From contig CALZGC010000039.1 in NCBI GenBank assembly GCA_945786985.1, positions 495 to 64,494 of the forward strand: a stretch of DNA of 64,000 bases. The letters are read 5' to 3'. A program made the position numbers and the translations under genes. This stretch comes from an uncultured Nitrospirota bacterium (GTDB lineage: Bacteria; CG2-30-53-67). Numbering within the stretch: position 1 is the first letter of the stretch; every line of letters starts with the position of its first letter. This document shows, piece after piece, positions 56,578 to 64,000 of the stretch. Below the pieces are notes generated by a model. It was not told where the DNA came from. It worked only from the letters and a program-made list of their open reading frames with translations, and made no database searches.

Positions 56578-57738
56578 TCATTCGCGTGTTCGAGGCGGCA
56601 GCCGGTCGATCCGAAAACGCTGCAGGAGCGCCGGGAATTGTGCGGTGTGGAGGGGATGGTTGGCCGTACCGAAAAGATGGGTGGTGCAGGTACAGTCCGA
56701 TGCGCCGAAGCGCGGGATGGACCAGTCGGCCATCTCCCGGACGGCCGCGGCCATCTCGCACTCGATGGGGGTCGCCGTCCGAACGGGAAAGGCGGCAATG
56801 AAATCGGCAGCCTCCCGAAGATAATCAATGTGCCAGAAGAACCGCTTGCGCCGGTGCCGATGGCGCCGGATCCGCTGCGAGAGGTTTCGCATGCCCGACC
56901 CGACGTAGAGGTAGTAACCCCGGGGAAAGCGGACATCGCCCAGCTTACCGATGCGAAGGCGGCGCGCCCGCCCGAGGCGAAGAAGAAGAATATAACACCC
57001 CCGGTCCGGCGATTCCTGCTCGAAGAGGTTCCAGGGGATCTCCAGAGAGTGCACCTTGCTTTGCAGCGTGATATTCTGCCGCCACCCCACCCCCACAGCG
57101 CGGATGAAAAGTTCGTCGCGCAAGGTATGGAGCGTTCGGGAAAAGTCTGGATCGGTGTGATAATCAGGCAGAAAGAAGCGAACCGACGCCGAATGGACGA
57201 TGAAGAGCACCCCCGCCCGAAGCCCACCGCGTGAAAGACGGGCGAGCTCTTCCAGATGACGCCGCCCCCGCGCCGTCACCGCATCGGGAAACATGGCGAT
57301 CCTCTTTCCAAAAAGGGTGCAGGATTTGACTTCCAGGAGCATTTGTCCCTCGCGGCCCTCCAGCAGAAAATCGAACCGGCTCTTGCCAATGCTCACTTCC
57401 GGTCGGACCACGCGATACGGCTCCAATCCGGGGATTTCCTTGCGCGCCAGCAGATCCGCCGCCACCCGGTTGGTCAGGTGGGTATGGAGAAAAACGGGCC
57501 GGCCCCCTTTGTCCACAGCGATCGCGGTGTAGCGCGTCTTTCGCAACGCCGACGCCGCCGCCTTCGCCAGATAGAGTCTCCGCCCCGGGATCAGAAGTTC
57601 CAGGAGTTTTCCCGAATTGGGAAGATGGGCCTGTATCGCTCGCCCATTGACATCGCAGACCACCGCAAAGCGGTTGAGGCGACGCCTGAAAACCCCGGAG
57701 TGGATGGTCTCAAACCAGGAATCCCTGTCCGCAGCCAT
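56578..57738 (-). CDS. sfsA: SfsA-family nuclease fused to a C-terminal DUF123 (GIY-YIG-like) domain
   Basis: N-terminal SfsA OB plus PD-(D/E)xK (FVHTHLTN...DFLLEG...EVKS). C-terminal GCYILLLRLGRARRLRIGKLGDVRFPRGYYLYVGSGMRNLSQRIRRH. Confidence 0.75.
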   Translation of the reverse strand: MAADRDSWFETIHSGVFRRRLNRFAVVCDVNGRAIQAHLPNSGKLLELLIPGRRLYLAKAAASALRKTRYTAIAVDKGGRPVFLHTHLTNRVAADLLARKEIPGLEPYRVVRPEVSIGKSRFDFLLEGREGQMLLEVKSCTLFGKRIAMFPDAVTARGRRHLEELARLSRGGLRAGVLFIVHSASVRFFLPDYHTDPDFSRTLHTLRDELFIRAVGVGWRQNITLQSKVHSLEIPWNLFEQESPDRGCYILLLRLGRARRLRIGKLGDVRFPRGYYLYVGSGMRNLSQRIRRHRHRRKRFFWHIDYLREAADFIAAFPVRTATPIECEMAAAVREMADWSIPRFGASDCTCTTHLFGTANHPLHTAQFPALLQRFRIDRLPPRTRE

Positions 57739-57846
57739 GCATGCATCTCCTGTCGGCGGCCCATGCCGGGTCGTTCTGTCCGGAGGTTGCTTTTACCGAA
57801 CGGCCTATAGTATATAAGAAGCGGAACCTATCACAAGGAGGAAACG

Positions 57847-58914
57847 GTGGGCCTTTTTCCACGGAAAACCCGATTGACCCAGCTCTCCCACGGCGCCGGT
57901 TGAGCCTGCAAACTGAGTCCTTCGGACCTGTCCCAGGTGCTGGGGCAGCTGCCTGTCATCGAGGATCCCGATCTGCTGATCGGAAGTAACACGGTCGACG
58001 ACTCCGCTGTCTACCGGATCAACGACCGCCAGGCGCTCGTGCAGACTGTCGATTTCTTTCCGCCGGTGGTGGACGACCCCTTCCGGTACGGGGAAATTGC
58101 GGCCGCCAACTCGTTGTCCGACATCTATGCCATGGGGTGTGAGCCCCTGATCGCGCTGAACATTGTCGCCTTTCCCAAAGACCTGCCCCTGGAGATTCTC
58201 GCCAAAATCCTGGAGGGGGGCGCCTCCAAGACCCGGGAGGCGGGCATTCCCATTGTCGGCGGGCATTCCGTGGACGACCGGGAACCCAAATACGGACTGG
58301 TGGTCACGGCCATCGCCGACATTGGCGAGGTGGTGTCCAATGCGGGGGCCCGGGTCGGCGATGAACTGGTGCTGACCAAGCCCTTGGGGAGCGGCATTTT
58401 GATCTCCGCTATCAAACGGGACCGCCTCGACACTGCCGGAATCGAGAAGGTTTCGACCCTGATGGCCACCCTGAACCGGGACGCGGCCGCGGCCATGAAG
58501 ACGGTATCGGCCCACGCCTGCACAGACATCACCGGCTTCGGCCTCCTGGGTCATCTGCGTGAAATGACGAGCGCCTCCGGCGTCGGCGCCGAAGTCTATC
58601 TCGATCAGGTCCCCATAGTGGAGGAGGTCTGGTCGCTGGCCACAGCGGGGAACATCCCCGGCGGCACCCGAGCCAATCTCGCTTTTCTTGCCGAGACGAT
58701 CCGGTGGGACCCCGCCCTCACCGAAAAGCAGAAACTCGTGCTCTGCGACGCGCAGACCTCGGGCGGCCTGCTCATCGCCGTGCATCCCAGCGAAACGGAC
58801 CGACTCATCGCGGCCCTTCAGGAGAGGCGCACCCACGCTGCCCACCGGATCGGCCGAATTGTTGAAGATCCCTCCGGCGCCATCCGCGTGCTGCCGTCAA
58901 CCTCCGGCACTTGA
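57847..58914 (+). CDS. selD: selenide, water dikinase SelD — selenoprotein with in-frame UGA (Sec) at 57901–57903
   Basis: GTG start after AGGAGG. RLTQLSHGAG-U-ACKLSP aligns with E. coli RLTQYSHGAGCGCKISP (Sec replaces the catalytic Cys17). The rest is full-length SelD (AIR-synthase-like fold). The track ORF begins only after the UGA. Confidence 0.9.
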
Positions 58915-58930
58915 GCCCGCCTGATCGGAA

Positions 58931-60175
58931 TCACGCGCCCGGAGCACTTCGCAGAACCAGCACGGCGTTGGCCCCCCCGAAAGCAAAGGAGGCGCTGAGA
59001 ACGGTGTCGACCCTCGCCGTCAGGGCCTCTTCCCGGACGAAATGGAGCGGACAGTCCGGATCGGGGCGATCCAGATTGAGCACAGGCGGCACCCGATTCT
59101 CCCGAGCCGATCGCACCGACACGATAGCCTCCAGGGCGCCGCTGGCCCCCAACAGATGCCCCGTCATCGATTTAATTGCGCACACAGGGATTTCCGAAGC
59201 CCTGGCGCCCAGTACCTTCTGCAGCGCAAGGGCCTCGATCCGATCATTGAGGCGGGTGCCTGTCCCGTGGGCATTGATCAGGTCGATCTCGTCCGGCCCC
59301 ACGCCGGCATCACGAAGAGCCGCGCCGATGGCCTGCGCCATCCCCACACCCCCGGGGTCGGGCGCGGTGACGTGATGCGCGTCGGTGGAAAGGCCCATCC
59401 CCAGCACCTCCCCCAGAATCGCCGCGCCCCGGGCCTTTGCATGCTCGAAACTCTCGAGAACCAGAATCCCGGCGCCCTCACTGACGACGAAACCGTCCCG
59501 GCCCGTGTCGAAGGGACGGCAGGCTCTTTCGGGTGCGCCGTTTCTGCGCGACAGAGCCCGCGCCCGGCTGAAGCCTCCGATCACCAGGGGGGTGATGGGC
59601 GCCTCCGCGCCGCCCGTGATCACGAGGTCTGAGTCGCCCGATCGAATGATCCGCACGGCCTCCGCCACCGCATGGGCCCCCGAGGCGCAGGCCGTAGAGA
59701 CGGCCATGGAAGGGCCGCGGATACCGTACTGCATGCAGATCAGGGCCGGGGCCTGATTGATCAGCGATGAGACGGTAAGAAAGGGGGAAAGCGCGCGATA
59801 GCCCGACTCGGCATAGTCCGCGCCGTTTGCCTCCAGGGTGGAGATGCCCCCCCGGCTGGTTCCAACGACGACGCCGGCCCGCTCGGGCCGCCATGGGGAT
59901 CGATCGAGTCCGGCCTGCCGATAGGCTTCGTCGCATGCCGCGAGGGCGTAGAGAACAAACGGGTCGAGACGGCGCGACGCCTTTCGCCGCAGGCCCGGTA
60001 CGGGGCCGCACTGCTTGACCTCACCGGCAATGCGACAGGGCAGTCCCGAGGCATCAAAGCGGGTGATCCGACCGATCCCGGAGCGGCCCTTTACCAGGGC
60101 GGTCCAGGTCTCCTCGACACTGTTTCCGAGGGGACTCACGGCCCCCAGTCCGGTGACGGCGACGCGCGTTCTCAT
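58931..60175 (-). CDS. fabF: 3-oxoacyl-ACP synthase II
   Basis: VAVTGLGAVSPLG..., active-site ACASGAHAV, HGTGT, GHLLGASGA. Confidence 0.93.
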   Translation of the reverse strand: MRTRVAVTGLGAVSPLGNSVEETWTALVKGRSGIGRITRFDASGLPCRIAGEVKQCGPVPGLRRKASRRLDPFVLYALAACDEAYRQAGLDRSPWRPERAGVVVGTSRGGISTLEANGADYAESGYRALSPFLTVSSLINQAPALICMQYGIRGPSMAVSTACASGAHAVAEAVRIIRSGDSDLVITGGAEAPITPLVIGGFSRARALSRRNGAPERACRPFDTGRDGFVVSEGAGILVLESFEHAKARGAAILGEVLGMGLSTDAHHVTAPDPGGVGMAQAIGAALRDAGVGPDEIDLINAHGTGTRLNDRIEALALQKVLGARASEIPVCAIKSMTGHLLGASGALEAIVSVRSARENRVPPVLNLDRPDPDCPLHFVREEALTARVDTVLSASFAFGGANAVLVLRSAPGA

Positions 60176-60508
60176 CCCTGTTCCGCCCTGTTCAGCTAGA
60201 CTCCAAGGTACATTCGAAAACCCAAATTAGACCATCACCGCCCCTTCGTCAACATAATTATGGCCCATGGTTGACAAGGCTGGCTCGGCAACAGTCCTTT
60301 CAAAAACAATGCGTTGGAAGGCAGGGCCTCGTACCGGAGTTGGCAGTTACCTCCGGTTCGCGCTATAGTAGCAGATTGTACAGGACAGGCGGCGCCCCCG
60401 TTCATCCCATGGGCTGAACCACAGACACCAAGCGAACCGCCCGCCGTCTTTCGTAACTGTTTCGGACGGCGGAGCCTGCAGTCCGAAACTTCTGGAGGAA
60501 CAGACTTC

Positions 60509-61462
60509 ATGCAGAACGGACAGGTACTGATTCTCGGAGCGACAGGTTTTGTGGGAAAGCACCTTGTCAACGAGCTCAACGACAAGAAGATACCCGTGCG
60601 CGCCTTGGTTCGGGATCGCGCTAAGCTGGACGGGCTCTGGGCCGGGAGTCCCGGCGTTGAGCTGATCGAGGGAGACCTGCTGGACCCGGGCAGTCTGCAC
60701 GATGCACTCCAGGGTGTCGAAGTCGCTTATTATCTGGTCCACTCCATGGGCGGCACCAGCCTCTTCGGCAATCTCGAGTATGCCGAAAAGGACAAGCGGG
60801 CCGCCCGCAACTTCGCGGACGCGGCCGAGGCGGCCGGTCTGAAACGGGTCATCTACCTCGGCGCGCTGGGAGAAGCCGCGGAGGATCTCTCGGAGCACCT
60901 GCACAGCCGTGCGCAGGTCGCGCAAATCCTCACGTCGGCCAACGGCACGTCGGCCACCATCCTGCGGGCCGCCATCATCATCGGGGCCGGTGGAGCATCG
61001 TTCGAAATGCTCCGCTATCTGGTCGAAAGGCTGCCGGTCATGGGGTGCCCCCGCTGGATAGACACACGCATTCAACCCATCGCCATCCAGGACGTCCGGG
61101 CCTATCTTGCGGGCTGCCTCGCCCATCCGGAAACGGCCGGGCAGACCTACGATATTGGCGGACCGGAAGTCATGACCTACCGGGAGATGATGCAGGCCTA
61201 TGCCCAGGCCCGGGGCCTTTTGCCCCGACTGATCTTCCGGGTCCCTCTGTTAACGCCGCTCCTTTCCGCCTACTGGGTCGACCTGGTGACGCCCGTTCCC
61301 TCGGGCGTGGCCCACCCACTGATCGAGGGGATGAAGAACGAGGTCGTCTGCCGGGAGGACCGCATCCGAGACATCATCCCCATCGAACCGACTCCGTTCA
61401 GGGAGGCGGTCCGCATCGCCGTGGCGCAAGAAACCTCGGGCCCCGGCGTCAGGGGGTGTTGA
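60509..61462 (+). CDS. NAD(P)-binding NmrA/atypical-SDR-family protein
   Basis: VLILGATGFVGKHLV Rossmann motif. Start set at MQNGQVLI. Confidence 0.8.
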   Translation: MQNGQVLILGATGFVGKHLVNELNDKKIPVRALVRDRAKLDGLWAGSPGVELIEGDLLDPGSLHDALQGVEVAYYLVHSMGGTSLFGNLEYAEKDKRAARNFADAAEAAGLKRVIYLGALGEAAEDLSEHLHSRAQVAQILTSANGTSATILRAAIIIGAGGASFEMLRYLVERLPVMGCPRWIDTRIQPIAIQDVRAYLAGCLAHPETAGQTYDIGGPEVMTYREMMQAYAQARGLLPRLIFRVPLLTPLLSAYWVDLVTPVPSGVAHPLIEGMKNEVVCREDRIRDIIPIEPTPFREAVRIAVAQETSGPGVRGC

Positions 61463-61942
61463 ATGGAGGTCGCCGCTTCGGTTATCATCCATGCACCCCT
61501 GTCGATCGTCTGGCAGACTTTTACCGACGTCGCCTGCTGGCAGGACTGGAATGAAGTGATCGAGAACCGCACGGCCGCGCCGCAGAGTGCGCTTGCCGAA
61601 GGAAGCCGGATGCAGTTCTGCATTCGCCCCTTTGCCTTTCCCATTGCCTTTGAGCCCGAGGTCCAGGAGATCGTTCCCTATGAACGGGTCGTCTGGACCG
61701 GCGGCCGATACTGGATTCATGCCCGGCACGAGTTTCTTTTCGAGGAGCTGAACGGCGCCGTTCGGGTGACCAGCCGTGAAGTCTTCAACGGACTGCCCCT
61801 CGTCTTCGCCGGGTTCGTTTTTCCGAAGAGGCGGATCCGGAAAATGGTCGTCACCCTTTTGGACGAACTCAAGGGTGCCGCCGAAAGCCGCCTCCCCGCC
61901 AATAGGCGCGACGCCACCCCCGAGGAGGAGATCCTGCAATGA
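61463..61942 (+). CDS. SRPBCC (START/polyketide-cyclase-like) family protein
   Basis: 159 aa with the alpha/beta-grip pattern (SIVWQTFTDVACWQDWN...). ATGA-type coupling with flanking genes. Confidence 0.65.
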   Translation: MEVAASVIIHAPLSIVWQTFTDVACWQDWNEVIENRTAAPQSALAEGSRMQFCIRPFAFPIAFEPEVQEIVPYERVVWTGGRYWIHARHEFLFEELNGAVRVTSREVFNGLPLVFAGFVFPKRRIRKMVVTLLDELKGAAESRLPANRRDATPEEEILQ

Positions 61943-62889
61943 GCGAGCTAATCCGCGTCGGCATCAGCACTTGTCTGCTCGGCGAGCAGGTCCGTTATGA
62001 CGGCGGACACAAACTGGATCATTATCTGAAGGAGACGCTGGGCCGGTTCGTGGAGTGGGTGCCGGTCTGTCCGGAGGTGGAATACGGGCTGCCGACGCCG
62101 CGGGAGGCGATGCGCCTGGTGGGTGACCCGGAAAACCCCCGACTGGTCACCACGCGCACCGGGGTGGACCATACGGCGGGGATGCAGCGCTGGGCGCGCT
62201 CACGTGTCGACGCCCTGACCGGGGAGGATCTCTGCGGCTTTGTCTTCAAGAGCAAGTCGCCCAGTTCGGGGATGGCCCGGGTCAAAGTCTATCCCGAATC
62301 GGGCATCCCCGCCAACAGGGGGGTGGGGATCTTCGCCCGTGCCTTCATGGAGCGCTTCCCGCTGCTGCCCGTAGAAGAGGACGGACGCCTCCACGATCCG
62401 CGACTTCGGGAGAATTTCATCGAGCGCCTCTTCGTCTACCGCCGCTGGGCCGCATTTGTCAGAGACGACGGATCCCTGAAAGGTCTGATTGATTTTCATG
62501 CCGATCACAAACTGCTGATCATGTCACACAGCCCGAAACATCTGCGGGTGCTGGGAAAGCTGGTGGCCGACGGCAAGGGAATGCGCCGGACCAAGCTTCT
62601 CGAAACGTACACCCGGACGCTCATGGAGGGCCTGGGGCTTCTGGCGACCGTCCGCAAGAACACCAACGTGCTGCAGCACATGCTGGGCTACTTCAAGAAG
62701 GAGCTCTCACCCGACGAAAAGCAGGAACTTCTGGATGTGATTGAAGAGTATCACCGTAGCCTCGTGCCCCTGCTGGTGCCCGTGGTCCTCTTTCAGCACT
62801 ATGTCCGCAAGTACGACCAGCCTTATCTGAAACGGCAGCACTACCTCAATCCCCACGCCGCAGAGCTGATGCTCCGCAATCACGTGTGA
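61939..62889 (+). CDS. DUF523 (YbgA N-terminal-like) plus DUF1722 fusion protein
   Basis: IRVGISTCLLGEQVRYDGGHK...VPVCPEV (DUF523) and C-terminal DUF1722. Convergent with a photolyase gene, as with ybgA–phr in enterics. Confidence 0.75.
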   Translation: MSELIRVGISTCLLGEQVRYDGGHKLDHYLKETLGRFVEWVPVCPEVEYGLPTPREAMRLVGDPENPRLVTTRTGVDHTAGMQRWARSRVDALTGEDLCGFVFKSKSPSSGMARVKVYPESGIPANRGVGIFARAFMERFPLLPVEEDGRLHDPRLRENFIERLFVYRRWAAFVRDDGSLKGLIDFHADHKLLIMSHSPKHLRVLGKLVADGKGMRRTKLLETYTRTLMEGLGLLATVRKNTNVLQHMLGYFKKELSPDEKQELLDVIEEYHRSLVPLLVPVVLFQHYVRKYDQPYLKRQHYLNPHAAELMLRNHV

Positions 62890-62995
62890 ACGGCCCACTC
62901 AGAGACCTGCTGGAATCGGCCCACATGGATCTAGCGGGTCACCGCCACCAGGACGAGGGCCGACGTGGGCGAGCAGACAAAGTCCTTGAGATCGG

Positions 62996-63083
62996 ATATT
63001 GAATGAGTCAATCTATTGCAACGCCGGACTTGTCGCTGCGTAGCATTCTGCGAAGACGGATCGCCTGCCACATACGCCGTCAC
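62996..63083. repeat. MITE-like element, degenerate copy D
   Basis: ATATTGAATGAGTCAATCTATTGCAACGCC...TCGCCTGCCACATACGCCGTCAC parallels copy B (ATTGCATGAGTAAATCTATTACGAGGC...TAGTCTGCCACATGCGGCGTTAC). Confidence 0.4.
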
Positions 63084-64000
63084 TGAGACGCGATTCGCTT
63101 CACATACGTATCCATATCAAACTTCGACCGGCAGCCCCGGGCACTCATGTAGCGGATCTTTCCGAACACGGGCCGCCCGCCCCAGGCCCGATCGTGGACG
63201 CCGCCCACACTCCAGGCAATGCCCGTATAACCGTTGGGATCGCGCCCGTCGAGTTCGTACTTGTCATTCAAGTAGATGGCAAGTTTCATGGCGCGAGCCG
63301 GCGTTTCGGTCCATTCCAGGATCTTCTTGGCCCAGTACATCCGCATATAGCCGTGCATCTTGCCCCGTCGCACCATCTCCATTTGCGCCGCGTTCCAGAA
63401 GGGATCGTGCGTGTGCCCCTGCTCCAGGGCCTCTTTCGAATAGAGGTACTCCCGGGGGTCGCCCCGGTGGGCGTCCAGCGTTTTTCTGGCCCAGTCGGGA
63501 AAGCCCTCGACCGTATCGTAGGCCACGTTGTAATAGCAGAAATTGTCCGACAGCTCCCGCCGCACCACCAACTCCTCCAGAAAAGAATCCTGCGAAGGGG
63601 TGTCCCCCCCGACCGCTTCCACTTCCAGAGCCACCCGCTGTGCAGAGAGCTGGCCGAAGTGCAGATAGGGGGAGAGATGGGACTGCCCATCAAGGCTCGG
63701 ATCATTGCGATCCCGATCGTAGCGCGCAAGCTTCTTCGACAAGAAGCGGCGAAGGGACGCACGGGCCGCCTTTTCCCCGGGGCGGATCCAGTCGACTTCG
63801 CCGACGGAGCGATCCACCTGGAGGGACCGACGCACTTCTTCCCAGTCGATCTTTGCGGCTTTCTTCTTTGCAGTTACCGGATGTTTCCTGAGGGCCGGAA
63901 AGGGCTCCAGGAAGTCGGGAAGGGCGCGGTGTATCTTCGGGCGCAGCGTATACGCCCCATACTCCTGCTTCGGCGAAGCCACCCAGCAGGGCACAATGTT
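63080..64000 (-). CDS. phr: deoxyribodipyrimidine photolyase (FAD-binding C-terminal part; 5' end outside window)
   Basis: C-terminal photolyase FAD-domain motifs (...WNAAQMEMVRRGKMHGYMRMYWAKKIL..., RELSDNFCYYN). ORF open to the window edge. Confidence 0.8.
   Translation of the reverse strand, partial: NIVPCWVASPKQEYGAYTLRPKIHRALPDFLEPFPALRKHPVTAKKKAAKIDWEEVRRSLQVDRSVGEVDWIRPGEKAARASLRRFLSKKLARYDRDRNDPSLDGQSHLSPYLHFGQLSAQRVALEVEAVGGDTPSQDSFLEELVVRRELSDNFCYYNVAYDTVEGFPDWARKTLDAHRGDPREYLYSKEALEQGHTHDPFWNAAQMEMVRRGKMHGYMRMYWAKKILEWTETPARAMKLAIYLNDKYELDGRDPNGYTGIAWSVGGVHDRAWGGRPVFGKIRYMSARGCRSKFDMDTYVKRIASQ

Noticed and set aside
63016-63891. 291-aa plus-strand Pro/Arg-rich ORF
   Set aside because: Antisense to the photolyase gene.

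Overview
The window is a high-GC (visually about 60%) piece of a Gram-negative, Geobacter/Desulfuromonadales-like chromosome. The taxonomy is an inference from two things: an rpoN–hpf–ptsN–hprK–rapZ–PTS(Man-family)–ptsH–ptsI cluster, and eight intact multihaem c-type cytochrome genes carrying about 74 CxxCH motifs.

Left third (1–21 kb), mostly minus strand: the 5' part of a DedA/YqaA-family gene, pcm, surE, tRNA-Pro(GGG), and a TPR membrane protein. Then ptsI–ptsH and a mannose-family PTS IID–IIC–IIB–IIA set, rapZ, hprK, ptsN, hpf, rpoN, lptB–lptA–lptC, and an SLH-type lipoprotein. Then an ASKHA (RACo-like) protein, two moeA paralogues (one fused to a binding-protein-like domain), and a tetrahaem cytochrome c.

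Middle (21–29 kb): a GT2 glycosyltransferase and a signalling module. The module comprises a membrane histidine kinase whose periplasmic domain carries a CxxCH haem motif, a PilZ protein, a fused PstS-like/PhnD-like binding protein, a HAMP–PAS–HisKA protein with no ATPase domain, and a sigma-54 (NtrC-type) response regulator.

Core (29.5–50 kb) is the most interesting part. Sigma-54 (−24/−12) promoters sit in front of three of its operons. It encodes a CheY-like regulator, 14-, 4-, 5- and 11/12-haem cytochromes, a 680-aa outer-membrane beta-barrel, two NHL beta-propeller lipoproteins and a SurA-like parvulin. One NHL protein carries three near-identical tandem copies (378 bp each) of a ~126-aa domain that is also fused to the C-terminus of the 5-haem cytochrome. 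Convergent to this set are a trihaem cytochrome and two giant paralogous cytochromes (10 and 12 haems) fused to Myxococcus-type cysteine-rich repeats and putative metal-binding motif repeats. A decayed, frameshifted tetrahaem paralogue lies between the two giants. I read this as a candidate undescribed sigma-54-controlled extracellular-electron-transfer conduit.

Right end (50–64 kb): a beta-CASP MBL RNase, ROK glucokinase, a GH57 enzyme, ftsB, trmJ-like, an SfsA–DUF123 fusion, a selenocysteine (UGA)-containing selD, fabF, an NmrA-like reductase, an SRPBCC protein, a DUF523/DUF1722 protein and the 3' part of a photolyase.

A short dispersed MITE-like inverted-repeat element occurs in four intergenic or gene-edge copies. 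No CRISPR array, rRNA, integrase or transposase gene was seen. Manually derived coordinates for small motifs may be off by 1–2 nt.
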